In this document: positions 50,882 to 64,000 of the stretch, piece by piece
Position numbering within the stretch: position 1 is the first letter of the stretch
Layout of the letters: the number at the start of each line of letters is the position of its first letter
Origin: Phyllobates terribilis
Lineage: Eukaryota
DNA: 64,000 nucleotides
NCBI RefSeq assembly: GCF_046119375.1
Contig: NW_027362769.1
Span: forward strand, 360,096,001 to 360,160,000
Reading direction: 5' to 3'
Notes under the pieces: model-generated
Database searches by the model: none
The model's input: the letters and a program-made list of their open reading frames with translations, nothing else
What the model was told of the DNA's origin: nothing
Position numbers and translations under genes: made by a program

Positions 50882-53800
50882 TATATACAGCAGTGTGTAT
50901 AGTATATAGAGCAGTGTGTACAGTATATAGAGCAGTGTGTACAGTATATAGAGCAGTGTGTATAGTATATAGAGCAGTGTGTAGAGTATATAGAGCAGCC
51001 TGTACAGTATATAGAGCAGCCTGTACAGTATATGGAGCAGTGTGTACAGTATATAGAGCAGAGTGTACAGTATATAGAGCAGCCTGTACAGTATATAGAG
51101 CTGCCTGTACAGTATATAGAGCAGTGTGTAGAGTATATAGAGCTGCCTGTACAGTATATAGAGCAGCCTGTACAGTATATAGAGCAGTGTGTACAGTATA
51201 TAGAGCAGCCTGTACAGTATATAGAGCAGCCTGTACAGTATATGGAGCAGTGTGTACAGTATATAGAGCAGAGTGTACAGTATATAGAGCAGCCTGTACA
51301 GTATATAGAGCTGCCTGTACAGTATATAGAGCAGTGTGTACAGTATATAGAGCAGTGTGTACAGTATATAGAGCAGCCTGTACAGTATATAGAGCAGCCT
51401 GTACAGTATATGGAGCAGTGTGTACAGTATATAGAGCAGAGTGTACAGTATATAGAGCAGCCTGTACAGTATATAGAGCAGCCTGTACAGTATATGGAGC
51501 AGTGTGTACAGTATATAGAGCAGTGTGTATAGTATATAGAGCAGCCTGTACAGTATATAGAGCAGAGTGTACAGTATATAGAGCAGCCTGTACAGTATAT
51601 AGAGCAGCGTGTACAGTATATAGAGCAGCCTGTACAGTATATAGAGCTGTGTGTACAGTATATAGAGCAGCCTGTACAGTATATAGAGCAGTGTGTACAG
51701 TATATAGATCAGTGTGTACAGTATATAGAGCAGTGTGTACAGTATATAGAGCAGAGTGTACAGTACATAGAGCAGCCTGTACAGTATATAGAGCTGCCTG
51801 TACAGTATATAGAGCAGTGTGTACAGTATATAGAGCAGTGTGTATAGTATATAGAGCAGCCTGTACAGTATATAGAGCAGCCTGTACAGTATATGGAGCA
51901 GTGTGTACAGTATATAGAGCAGCGTGTACAGTATATAGAGCAGCCTGTACAGTATATAGAGCTGCCTGTACAGTATATAGAGCAGTGTGTACAGTATATA
52001 GAGCAGTGTGTATAGTATATAGAGCAGCCTGTACAGTATATAGAGCAGCCTGTACAGTATATGGAGCAGTGTGTACAGTATATAGAGCAGTGTGTATAGT
52101 ATATAGAGCAGCCTGTACAGTATATAGAGCAGAGTGTACAGTATATAGAGCAGCCTGTACAGTATATAGAGCAGCGTGTACAGTATATAGAGCAGCCTGT
52201 ACAGTATATAGAGCTGTGTGTACAGTATATAGAGCAGCCTGTACAGTATATAGAGCAGTGTGTACAGTATATAGATCAGTGTGTACAGTATATAGAGCAG
52301 TGTGTACAGTATATAGAGCAGAGTGTACAGTACATAGAGCAGCCTGTACAGTATATAGAGCTGCCTGTACAGTATATAGAGCAGTGTGTACAGTATATAG
52401 AGCAGTGTGTATAGTATATAGAGCAGCCTGTACAGTATATAGAGCAGCCTGTACAGTATATGGAGCAGTGTGTACAGTATATAGAGCAGCGTGTACAGTA
52501 TATAGAGCAGCCTGTACAGTATATAGAGCTGCCTGTACAGTATATAGAGCAGTGTGTACAGTATATAGAGCAGTGTGTATAGTATATAGAGCAGCCTGTA
52601 CAGTATATAGAGCAGCCTGTACAGTATATGGAGCAGTGTGTACAGTATATAGAGCAGAGTGTACAGTATATAGAGCAGCCTGTACAGTATATAGAGCAGC
52701 CTGTACAGTATATGGAGCAGTGTGTACATTATATAGAGCAGTGTGTACAGTATATAGAGCAGTGTGTACAGTATATAGAGCAGTTTTGTACAGTATATAG
52801 AGCAGTGTGTATAGTATATAGAGCTGCCTGTACATTATATACAGCAGTGTGTACAGTATATAGAGCAGCATGTACAGTATATAGAGCAGCCTGTACAGTA
52901 TATAGAGCAGTGTGTACAGTATATAGAGCAGTGTGTATACTATATAGAGCTGCCTGTACAGTATAAAAAGCAGTGTGTACAGTATATAGAGCAGAGTGTA
53001 TACTATATAGAGCTGCCTGTACAGTATAAAAAGCAGCGTGTGCACTATAAAGAGCAGGGTGTACAGTTTATAGAGCAGTGTGTACAGTATATAGAGCAGC
53101 CTGTACAGTATATAGAGCTGTCTGTACAGTATATAGAGCAGCCTGTACATTATATAGAGCAGTGTGTACAGTATATAGAGCAGCCTGTACAGTATATAGA
53201 GCTGCCTGTACAGTATATAGAGCAGTGTGTACAGTATATAGAGCAGCCTGTACATTATATAGAGCAGTGTGTACATTATATAGAGCAGTGTGTACAGTAT
53301 ATAGAGCAGTTTGTACAGTATATAGAGCAGCCTGTACAGTATATAGAGCAGCCTGTACAGTATATAGAGCTGCCTGTACAGTATATAGAGCAGTGTGTAC
53401 AGTATATAGAGCAGCCTGTACATTATATAGAGCAGTGTGTACAGTATATAGAGCAGTTTGTACAGTATATAGAGCAGCCTGTACAGTATATAGAGCTGCC
53501 TGTACAGTATATAGAGCAGCCTGTACAGTATATAGAGCTGCCTGTACAGTATATAGAGCAGTGTGTACAGTATATAGAGCAGTCTGTACATTATATAGAG
53601 CAGTGTGTACAGTATATAGAGCAGTGTGTATAGTATATAGAGCTGCATGTACAGTATATAGAGCAGTGTGTACAGTATATAGAGCAGTTTGTACAGTATA
53701 TAGAGCAGTGTGTACAGTATATAGAGCAGCCTGTACATTATATAGAGCAGTGTGTACAGTATATAGAGCAGTGTGTATAGTATATATAGCTGCCTGTACA

Positions 53801-56800
53801 GTATATAGAGCAGTGTGTACAGTATATAGAGCAGTTTGTACAGTATATAGAGCAGCCTGTACAGTATATAGAGCAGTGTGTACAGTATATAGAGCAGTTT
53901 GTACAGTATATAGAGCAGTGTGTACAGTATATACAGCAGTGTGTACATTATATAGAGCAGTGTGTACAGTATATAGAGCAGCCTGTACATTATATAGAGC
54001 AGTGTGTACAGTATATAGAGCAGCCTGTACAGTATATAGAGCAGAGTGTACAGTATATAGAGCAGTGTGTATAGTATATAGAGCAGCCTGTACAGTATAT
54101 AGAGCAGTGTGTACAGTATATAGAGCAGTGTGCATACTATATAGAGCTGCCTGTACAGTATATAGAGCAGCCTGTACAGTATATAGAGCAGTGTGTGCAG
54201 TATATAGAGCAGTGTGTACAGTATATAGAGCAGCCTGTACATTATATAGAGCAGTGTGTACAGTATATAGAGCAGTTTGTACAGTATATAGAGCAGCCTG
54301 TACAGTATATAGAGCAGCCTGTACAGTATATAGAGCTGCCTGTACAGTATATAGAGCAGTGTGTACAGTATATAGAGCAGTCTGTACATTATATAGAGCA
54401 GTGTGTACAGTATATAGAGCAGTGTGTATAGTATATAGAGCTGCATGTACAGTATATAGAGCAGTGTGTACAGTATATAGAGCAGTTTGTACAGTATATA
54501 GAGCAGTGTGTACAGTATATAGAGCAGCCTGTACATTATATAGAGCAGTGTGTACAGTATATAGAGCAGTGTGTATAGTATATATAGCTGCCTGTACAGT
54601 ATATAGAGCAGTGTGTACAGTATATAGAGCAGTTTGTACAGTATATAGAGCAGCCTGTACAGTATATAGAGCAGTGTGTACAGTATATAGAGCAGTTTGT
54701 ACAGTATATAGAGCAGTGTGTACAGTATATACAGCAGTGTGTACATTATATAGAGCAGTGTGTACAGTATATAGAGCAGCCTGTACATTATATAGAGCAG
54801 TGTGTACAGTATATAGAGCAGCCTGTACAGTATATAGAGCAGAGTGTACAGTATATAGAGCAGTGTGTATAGTATATAGAGCAGCCTGTACAGTATATAG
54901 AGCAGTGTGTACAGTATATAGAGCAGTGTGCATACTATATAGAGCTGCCTGTACAGTATATAGAGCAGCCTGTACAGTATATAGAGCAGTGTGTGCAGTA
55001 TATAGAGCAGTGTGTACAGTATATAGAGCAGCCTGTACATTATATAGAGCAGTGTGTACAGTATATAGAGCAGCGTGTACAGTATATAGAGCAGTGTGTA
55101 CAGTATATAGTGCAGCATGTACAGTATATAGAGCAGCCTGTACAGTATATAGAGCAGCGTGTACAGTATATAGAGCAGTGTGTATACTATATAGAGCTGC
55201 CTGTACAGTATGTAGAGCAGCCTGTACAGTATATAGAGCAGCGTGTGCAGTATATAGTGCAGCATGTACAGTATATAGAGCAGCCTGTCCAGTATATAGA
55301 GCAGTGTGTACAGTATATAGAGCAGTGTGTATAGTATATAGAGCAGCCTGTACAGTATATAGAGCAGTGTGTACAGTATATAGAGCAGTGTGTATACTAT
55401 ATAGAGCTGCCTGTACAGTATATAGAGCAGCCTGTACATTATATAGAGCAGTGTGTATAGTATATAGAGCAGCCTGTACAGTATATAGAGCAGTGTGTAC
55501 AGTATATAGAGCAGTTTGTACAGTATATAGAGCAGTGTGTACAGTATATAGAGCTGCCTGTACAGTATATAGAGCAGTGTGTACAGTATATAGAGCTGCC
55601 TGTACAGTATATAGAGCAGTGTGTACAGTATATAGAGCAGTCTGTACAGTATATAGAGCAGTGTGTACAGTATATAGAGCAGCTTGTACAGTATATAGAG
55701 CAGTGTGTACAGTATATAGAGCAGCCTGTACAGTATATAGAGCAGTGTGTACAGTATATAGAGCAGCCTGTACAGTTTATAGAGCAGTGTGTACAGTATA
55801 TAGAGCAGTGTGTATAGTATATATAGCTGCCTGTACAGTATATAGAGCAGTGTGTACAGTATATAGAGCAGCCTGTACAGTATATAGAGCAGTGTGTACA
55901 GTATATAGAGCAGTTTGTACAGTATATAGAGCAGCCTGTACAGTATATAGAGCAGTGTGTACAGTATATAGAGCAGCCTGTACATTATATAGAGCAGTGT
56001 GTACAGTATATAGAGCTGCCTGTACAGTATATAGAGCAGCCTGTACAGTATATAGAGCAGTGTGTACATTTTATAGAGCAGCCTGTACAGTATATAGAGC
56101 TGCCTGTACAGTATATAGAGCAGCCTGTACATTATAGAGAGCAGCGTGTACAGTATATAGAGCAGCCTGTACATTATATAGAGCAGTGTGTACAGTATAT
56201 AGAGCAGCGTGTACAGTATATAGAGCATTGTGTACAGTATATAGTGCAGCATGTACAGTATATAGAGCAGTGTGTACAGTATATAGAGCAGTGTGTATAG
56301 TATATAGAGCAGCCTGTACAGTATATAGAGCAGTGTGTACAGTATATAGAGCAGTGTGTATACTATATAGAGCTGCCTGTACAGTATATAGAGCAGCCTG
56401 TACAGTATATAGAGCAGCGTGTGCAGTATATAGAGCAGGGTGTACAGTATATACAGCAGCCTGTACATTATATAGAGCAGTGTGTACAGTATATAGGGCA
56501 GTGTGTACAGTATATAGAGCAGTGTGTACAGTATATAGAGCTGCCTGTACAGTATATAGAGCAGTGTGTACAGTTTATAGAGCAGCGTGTACAGTATATA
56601 GAGCAGCCTGTACAGTATATAGAGCAGTGTGTATAATATATAGAGCAGCCTGTACAGTATATAGAGCAGTGTGTACAGTATATAGAGCAGCGTGTACAGT
56701 ATATAGAGCAGTGTGTATAGTATATAGAGCAGCCTGTACAGTATATAGAGCAGAGTGTACAGTATATAGAGCAGTGTGTACAGTATATAGAGCAGTGTGT

Positions 56801-59800
56801 ATAGTATATAGAGCTGCCTGTACAGTATATAAAGCAGTGTGTACAGTATATAGAGCAGCCTGTACAGTATATAGAGCTGCATGTACAGTATATAGAGCAG
56901 TGTGCACAGTATATAGAGCAGCTTGTACAGTATATAGAGCAGTGTGTATAGTATATTGAGCTGCCTGTACAGTATATAAAGCAGTGTGTACAGTATATAG
57001 AGCAGTATATACAGTGTATAGAGCAGTGTTTACAGTATATAGAGCAGCCTGTACAGTATATAGAGCTGCATGTACAGTATATAGAGCAGCCTGTACAGTA
57101 TATAGAGCAGTGTGTACAGTATAAAGAGCTGCCTGTACAGTATATAGAGCAGTGTGTACAGTATATAGAGCTGCCTGTACAGTATATAGAGCAGCCTGTA
57201 CAGTATCTGGAGCAGTGTGTACAGTATATAGAGCAGTCTGTACTGTGTATAGAGCAGTGTGTACAGTATATAGAGCAGCCTGTACATTATATAGAGCAGT
57301 GTGTACAGTATATAGAGCAGCCTGTACAGTATATAGAGCAGCCTGTACAGTATATAGAGCAGAGTGTACAGTATATAGAGCAGCCTGTACAGTATATAGA
57401 GCAGCGTGTACAGTATATAGAGCAGTGTGTACAGTATATAGAGCAGTGTTTATAGTATATAGAGCTGCCTGTACAGTATATAGAGCAGTGTGTATAGTAT
57501 ATAGAGCAGTGTGTATAGTATATAGAGCTGCCTGTACAGTATATAGAGCAGTGTGTACAGTATATAGAGCAGCCTGTACAGTATGTAGAGCAGGGTGTAC
57601 AGTATATAGAGCAGCCTGTACAGTATATACAGCAGTGTGTACAGTATATAGAGCTGCCTGTACAGTATATAGAGCAGTGTGTATAGTATATAGAGCTGCC
57701 TGTACAGTATATAGAGCAGAGTGTACAGTATATAGAGCAGTGTGTATAGTATATAGAGCAGCCTGTACAGTATATAGAGCAGTGTGTACAGTATATAGAG
57801 CAGTGTGTATACTATATAGAGCTGCCTGTACAGTATATAGAGCAGCCTGTACAGTATATAGAGCAGCGTGTGCAGTATATAGAGCAGTGTGTACAGTATA
57901 TAGAGCAGCCTGTACATTTTATAGAGCAGTGTGTACAGTATATAGAGCAGCGTGTACAGTATATAGAGCAGTGTGTACAGTATATAGAGCAGCATGTACA
58001 GTATATAGAGCAGCCTGTACAGTATATAGAGCAGTGTGTATAGTATATAGGGCAGCCTGTACAGTATATAGAGCAGTGTGTACAGTATATAGAGCAGCCT
58101 GTACATTATATAGAGCAGTGTGTACAGTATATAGAGCAGCCTGTACAGTATATAGAGCAGCCTGTACAGTATATAGAGCAGCGTGTGCAGTATATAGAGC
58201 AGGGTGTACAGTATATAGAGCAGCCTATACAGTATATAGAGCAGCCTGTACAGTATATAGAGCAGAGTGTACAGTATATAGAGCTGCCTGTACAGTATAT
58301 AAAGCTGTGTGTACAGTATATAGAGCTGCCTGTACAGTATATAGAGCAGCCTGTACAGTATATAGAGCAGTGTGTACAGTATATAGAGAAGCCTGTACAG
58401 TATATAGAGCAGCCTGTACATTATATAGAGCAGTGTGTACAGTATATAGAGCAGCCTGTACAGTATATAGAGCTGCCTGTACAGTATATAGAGCTGTGTG
58501 TACAGTATATAGAGCTGCCTGTACAGTATATAGAGCAGCCTGTACAGTATATAGAGCTGCCTGTACAGTATATAGAGCAGTGTGTACAGTATATAGCGCA
58601 GCCTGTACAGTATATAGAGCAGTGTGTACAGTATATAGAGCAGCCTGTACATTATATAGAGCAGTGTGTACATTATATAGAGCAGTGTGTACAGTATATA
58701 GAGCAGCCTGTACAGTATATAGAGCTGCCTGTACAGTATATAGAGCAGCCTGTACAGTATATAGAGCTGCCTGTACAGTATATAGAGCAGTGTATACAGT
58801 ATATAGAGCAGCCTGTACATTATATATAGCAGTGTGTACAGTATATAGAGCAGTGTGTATAGTATATAGAGCTGCCTGTACAGTATATAGAGCAGTGTGT
58901 ACAGTATATAGAGCAGTTTGTACAGTATATAGAGCAGCCTGTACAGTATATAGAGCAGTGTGTACAGTATATAGAGCAGTGTGTACAGTATATAGAGCAG
59001 TGTGTATAGTATATAGAGCTGCCTGTACAGTATATAGAGCAGTGTGTACAGTATATAGAGCAGTGTGTACAGTATATAGAGCAGCCTGTACAGTATATAG
59101 AGCAGTGTGTACAGTATATAGAGCAGCCTGTACAGTATATAGAGCAGTGTGTACAGTATATAGAGCTGTGTGTACAGTATATAGAGCTGCCTGTACAGTA
59201 TATAGAGCAGTGTGTACAGTATATAGAGCAGCCTGTACATTATATAGAGCAGTGTGTACAGTATATAGAGCAGTGTGTATATTATATAGAGCTGCCTGTA
59301 CAGTATATAGAGCAGTGTGTACAGTATATAGAGCAGTTTGTACAGTATATAGAGCAGCCTGTACAGTATATAGAGCAGTGTGTACCGTATATAGAGCAGT
59401 TTGTACAGTATATAGAGCAGTGTGTACAGTATATAGAGCAGTTTGTACAGTATATAGAGCAGTGTGTACAGTATATAGAGCAGCCTGTACATTATATAGA
59501 GCAGTGTGTACAGTATATAGAGCAGCCTGTACAGTATATAGAGCAGAGTGTACAGTATATAGAGCAGTGTGTATAGTATATAGAGCAGCCTGTACAGTAT
59601 ATAGAGCAGTGTGTACAGTATATAGCGCAGTGTGTACAGTATATAGAGCAGTTTGTACAGTATATAGAGCAGTGTGTACAGTATATAGAGCAGCCTGTAC
59701 ATTATATAGAGCAGTGTGTACAGTATATAGAGCAGCCTGTACAGTATATAGAGCAGTGTGTATAGTATATAGAGCAGCCTGTACAGTATATAGAGCAGTG

Positions 59801-62800
59801 TGTACAGTATATAGAGCAGTGTGTATACTATATTGAGCTGCCTGTACAGTATATAGAGCAGTGTGTACAGTATATAGAGCAGTATATACAGTGTATAGAG
59901 CAGTGTGTACAGTATATAGAGCAGCCTGTACAGTATATAGAGCTGCATGTACAGTATATAGAGCAGCCTGTACAGTATATAGAGCAGTGTGTACAGTATA
60001 AAGAGCTGCCTGTACAGTATATAGAGCAGTGTGTACAGTATATAGAGCAGCCTGTACAGTATATGGAGCAGTGTGTACAGTATATAGAGCAGTCTGTACT
60101 GTGTATAGAGCAGTGTGTACAGTATATAGAGCAGCCTGTACATTATATAGAGCAGTGTGTACAGTATATAGAGCAGCCTGTACAGTATATAGAGCAGCCT
60201 GTACAGAATATAGAGCAGAGTGTACAATATATAGAGCAGCCTGTACAGTATATAGAGCAGCGTGTACAGTATATAGAGCAGTTTGTACAGTATATAGAGC
60301 AGCCTGTACAGTATATAGAGCAGTGTGTACAGTATATAGAGCAGTTTGTACAGTATATAGAGCAGTGTGTACAGTATATACAGCAGTGTGTACATTATAT
60401 AGAGCAGTGTGTACAGTATATAGAGCAGCCTGTACATTATATAGAGCAGTGTGTACAGTATATAGAGCAGCCTGTACAGTATATAGAGCAGAGTGTACAG
60501 TATATAGAGCAGTGTGTATAGTATATAGAGCAGCCTGTACAGTATATAGAGCAGTGTGTACAGTATATAGAGCAGTGTGCATACTATATAGAGCTGCCTG
60601 TACAGTATATAGAGCAGCCTGTACAGTATATAGAGCAGTGTGTGCAGTATATAGAGCAGTGTGTACAGTATATAGAGCAGCCTGTACATTATATAGAGCA
60701 GTGTGTACAGTATATAGAGCAGCGTGTACAGTATATAGAGCAGTGTGTACAGTATATAGTGCAGCATGTACAGTATATAGAGCAGCCTGTACAGTATATA
60801 GAGCAGCGTGTACAGTATATAGAGCAGTGTGTATACTATATAGAGCTGCCTGTACAGTATGTAGAGCAGCCTGTACAGTATATAGAGCAGCGTGTGCAGT
60901 ATATAGTGCAGCATGTACAGTATATAGAGCAGCCTGTCCAGTATATAGAGCAGTGTGTACAGTATATAGAGCAGTGTGTATAGTATATAGAGCAGCCTGT
61001 ACAGTATATAGAGCAGTGTGTACAGTATATAGAGCAGTGTGTATACTATATAGAGCTGCCTGTACAGTATATAGAGCAGCCTGTACATTATATAGAGCAG
61101 TGTGTATAGTATATAGAGCAGCCTGTACAGTATATAGAGCAGTGTGTACAGTATATAGAGCAGTTTGTACAGTATATAGAGCAGTGTGTACAGTATATAG
61201 AGCTGCCTGTACAGTATATAGAGCAGTGTGTACAGTATATAGAGCTGCCTGTACAGTATATAGAGCAGTGTGTACAGTATATAGAGCAGTCTGTACAGTA
61301 TATAGAGCAGTGTGTACAGTATATAGAGCAGCTTGTACAGTATATAGAGCAGTGTGTACAGTATATAGAGCAGCCTGTACAGTATATAGAGCAGTGTGTA
61401 CAGTATATAGAGCAGCCTGTACAGTTTATAGAGCAGTGTGTACAGTATATAGAGCAGTGTGTATAGTATATATATCTGCCTGTACAGTATATAGAGCAGT
61501 GTGTACAGTATATAGAGCAGCCTGTACAGTATATAGAGCAGTGTGTACAGTATATAGAGCAGTTTGTACAGTATATAGAGCAGCCTGTACAGTATATAGA
61601 GCAGTGTGTACAGTATATAGAGCAGCCTGTACATTATATAGAGCAGTGTGTACAGTATATAGAGCTGCCTGTACAGTATATAGAGCAGCCTGTACAGTAT
61701 ATAGAGCAGTGTGTACATTTTATAGAGCAGCCTGTACAGTATATAGAGCTGCCTGTACAGTATATAGAGCAGCCTGTACATTATAGAGAGCAGCGTGTAC
61801 AGTATATAGAGCAGCCTGTACATTATATAGAGCAGTGTGTACAGTATATAGAGCAGTGTGTACAGTATATAGAGCATTGTGTACAGTATATAGTGCAGCA
61901 TGTACAGTATATAGAGCAGTGTGTACAGTATATAGAGCAGTGTGTATAGTATATAGAGCAGCCTGTACAGTATATAGAGCAGTGTGTACAGTATATAGAG
62001 CAGTGTGTATACTATATAGAGCTGCCTGTACAGTATATAGAGCAGCCTGTACAGTATATAGAGCAGAGTGTGCAGTATATAGAGCAGTGTGTACAGTATA
62101 TACAGCAGCCTGTACATTATATAGAGCAGTGTGTACAGTATATAGGGCAGTGTGTACAGTATATAGAGCAGTGTGTACAGTATATAGAGCTGCCTGTACA
62201 GTATATAGAGCAGTGTGTACAGTTTATAGAGCAGCGTGTACAGTATATAGAGCAGCCTGTACAGTATATAGAGCAGTGTGTATAATATATAGAGCAGCCT
62301 GTACAGTATATAGAGCAGTGTGTACAGTATATAGAGCAGCGTGTACAGTATATAGAGCAGTGTGTATAGTATATAGAGCAGCCTGTACAGTATATAGAGC
62401 AGAGTGTACAGTATATAGAGCAGTGTGTACAGTATATAGAGCAGTGTGTATAGTATATAGAGCTGCCTGTACAGTATATAAAGCAGTGTGTACAGTATAT
62501 AGAGCAGCCTGTACAGTATATAGAGCTGCATGTACAGTATATAGAGCAGTGTGCACAGTATATAGAGCAGCTTGTACAGTATATAGAGCAGTGTGTATAG
62601 TATATTGAGCTGCCTGTACAGTATATAAAGCAGTGTGTACAGTATATAGAGCAGTATATACAGTGTATAGAGCAGTGTTTACAGTATATAGAGCAGCCTG
62701 TACAGTATATAGAGCTGCATGTACAGTATATAGAGCAGCCTGTACAGTATATAGAGCAGTGTGTACAGTATAAAGAGCTGCCTGTACAGTATATAGAGCA

Positions 62801-64000
62801 GTGTGTACAGTATATAGAGCTGCCTGTACAGTATATAGAGCAGCCTGTACAGTATCTGGAGCAGTGTGTACAGTATATAGAGCAGTCTGTACTGTGTATA
62901 GAGCAGTGTGTACAGTATATAGAGCAGCCTGTACATTATATAGAGCAGTGTGTACAGTATATAGAGCAGCCTGTACAGTATATAGAGCAGCCTGTACAGT
63001 ATATAGAGCAGAGTGTACAGTATATAGAGCAGCCTGTACAGTATATAGAGCAGCGTGTACAGTATATAGAGCAGTGTGTACAGTATATAGAGCAGTGTTT
63101 ATAGTATATAGAGCTGCCTGTACAGTATATAGAGCAGTGTGTATAGTATATAGAGCAGTGTGTATAGTATATAGAGCTGCCTGTACAGTATATAGAGCAG
63201 TGTGTACAGTATATAGAGCAGCCTGTACAGTATGTAGAGCAGGGTGTACAGTATATAGAGCAGCCTGTACAGTATATACAGCAGTGTGTACAGTATATAG
63301 AGCTGCCTGTACAGTATATAGAGCAGTGTGTATAGTATATAGAGCTGCCTGTACAGTATATAGAGCAGAGTGTACAGTATATAGAGCAGTGTGTATAGTA
63401 TATAGAGCAGCCTGTACAGTATATAGAGCAGTGTGTACAGTATATAGAGCAGTGTGTATACTATATAGAGCTGCCTGTACAGTATATAGAGCAGCCTGTA
63501 CAGTATATAGAGCAGCGTGTGCAGTATATAGAGCAGTGTGTACAGTATATAGAGCAGCCTGTACATTTTATAGAGCAGTGTGTACAGTATATAGAGCAGC
63601 GTGTACAGTATATAGAGCAGTGTGTACAGTATATAGAGCAGCATGTACAGTATATAGAGCAGCCTGTACAGTATATAGAGCAGTGTGTATAGTATATAGG
63701 GCAGCCTGTACAGTATATAGAGCAGTGTGTACAGTATATAGAGCAGTGTGTACAGTATATAGAGCAGCCTGTACATTATATAGAGCAGTGTGTACAGTAT
63801 ATAGAGCAGCCTGTACAGTATATAGAGCAGCCTGTACAGTATATAGAGCAGCGTGTGCAGTATATAGAGCAGGGTGTACAGTATATAGAGCAGCCTATAC
63901 AGTATATAGAGCAGCCTGTACAGTATATAGAGCAGAGTGTACAGTATATAGAGCTGCCTGTACAGTATATAAAGCTGTGTGTACAGTATATAGAGCTGCC
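50882..64000 (+). repeat. 21-bp satellite, more than 620 units, running off the window end
   Basis: Unit GAGCAGTGTGTACAGTATATA with GAGCAGCC, GAGCTGCC and GAGCAGAG variants. Block duplications of 567 bp and 5,649 bp. Confidence 0.98.

Noticed and set aside
50573-63776. Very long ORFs (up to 2015 aa) such as LYILYTL, VYRAACT and VQYIEQ repeats; also 13015-13996
   Set aside because: Translations of a 21-bp unit that lacks stops in several frames on both strands; no start context or domain.
50882-64000. 21-bp satellite as a third HDE-derived repeat (AGAGC[A/T]G)
   Set aside because: The match is only 5-7 nt, the common variant breaks U7 pairing, and the array is not adjacent to a stem-loop.

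Overview
Eukaryotic DNA, most likely frog (inferred from the H2A/H2B/H1 sequences and repeat types). The window holds one replication-dependent histone quintet, H1(+) H3(+) H4(+) H2A(-) H2B(+), embedded in transposons and satellites. H3, H4 and H2A are intact with canonical stem-loops; H2B is mostly hidden by a 285-N run. H1 has lost its last codons, stop codon and the 5' arm of its stem-loop and runs into a 37-bp satellite. Main observation: that satellite (about 320 copies, 15.4-15.9 kb plus 28.3-39.5 kb) reads as the H1 3'-processing signal itself (3' stem arm + ACCAC + 12 nt + AGAGCTGTA, the U7-binding histone downstream element, HDE). A separate 39-bp minisatellite behind H2B is also built on that gene's HDE. 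The H1 satellite is split by a 12.4-kb hAT element (8-bp TSD GTGCCACC). This element has an uninterrupted 1221-aa transposase ORF, an internal 110-bp array and nested cargo (Tc1, L1, solo LTR, 18S rRNA fragment). The cargo-bearing right part also occurs at 1-3410 with a different flank. Also present: a head-to-head inverted pair of decayed hAT elements (3.4-11.2 kb), an L2 LINE between H4 and H2A, a triplicated E2F/CCAAT spacer module, and inverted copies of a 123-bp sequence plus a 21-bp satellite on the two sides of the quintet. Identities and copy numbers are estimated by eye; no searches were run.
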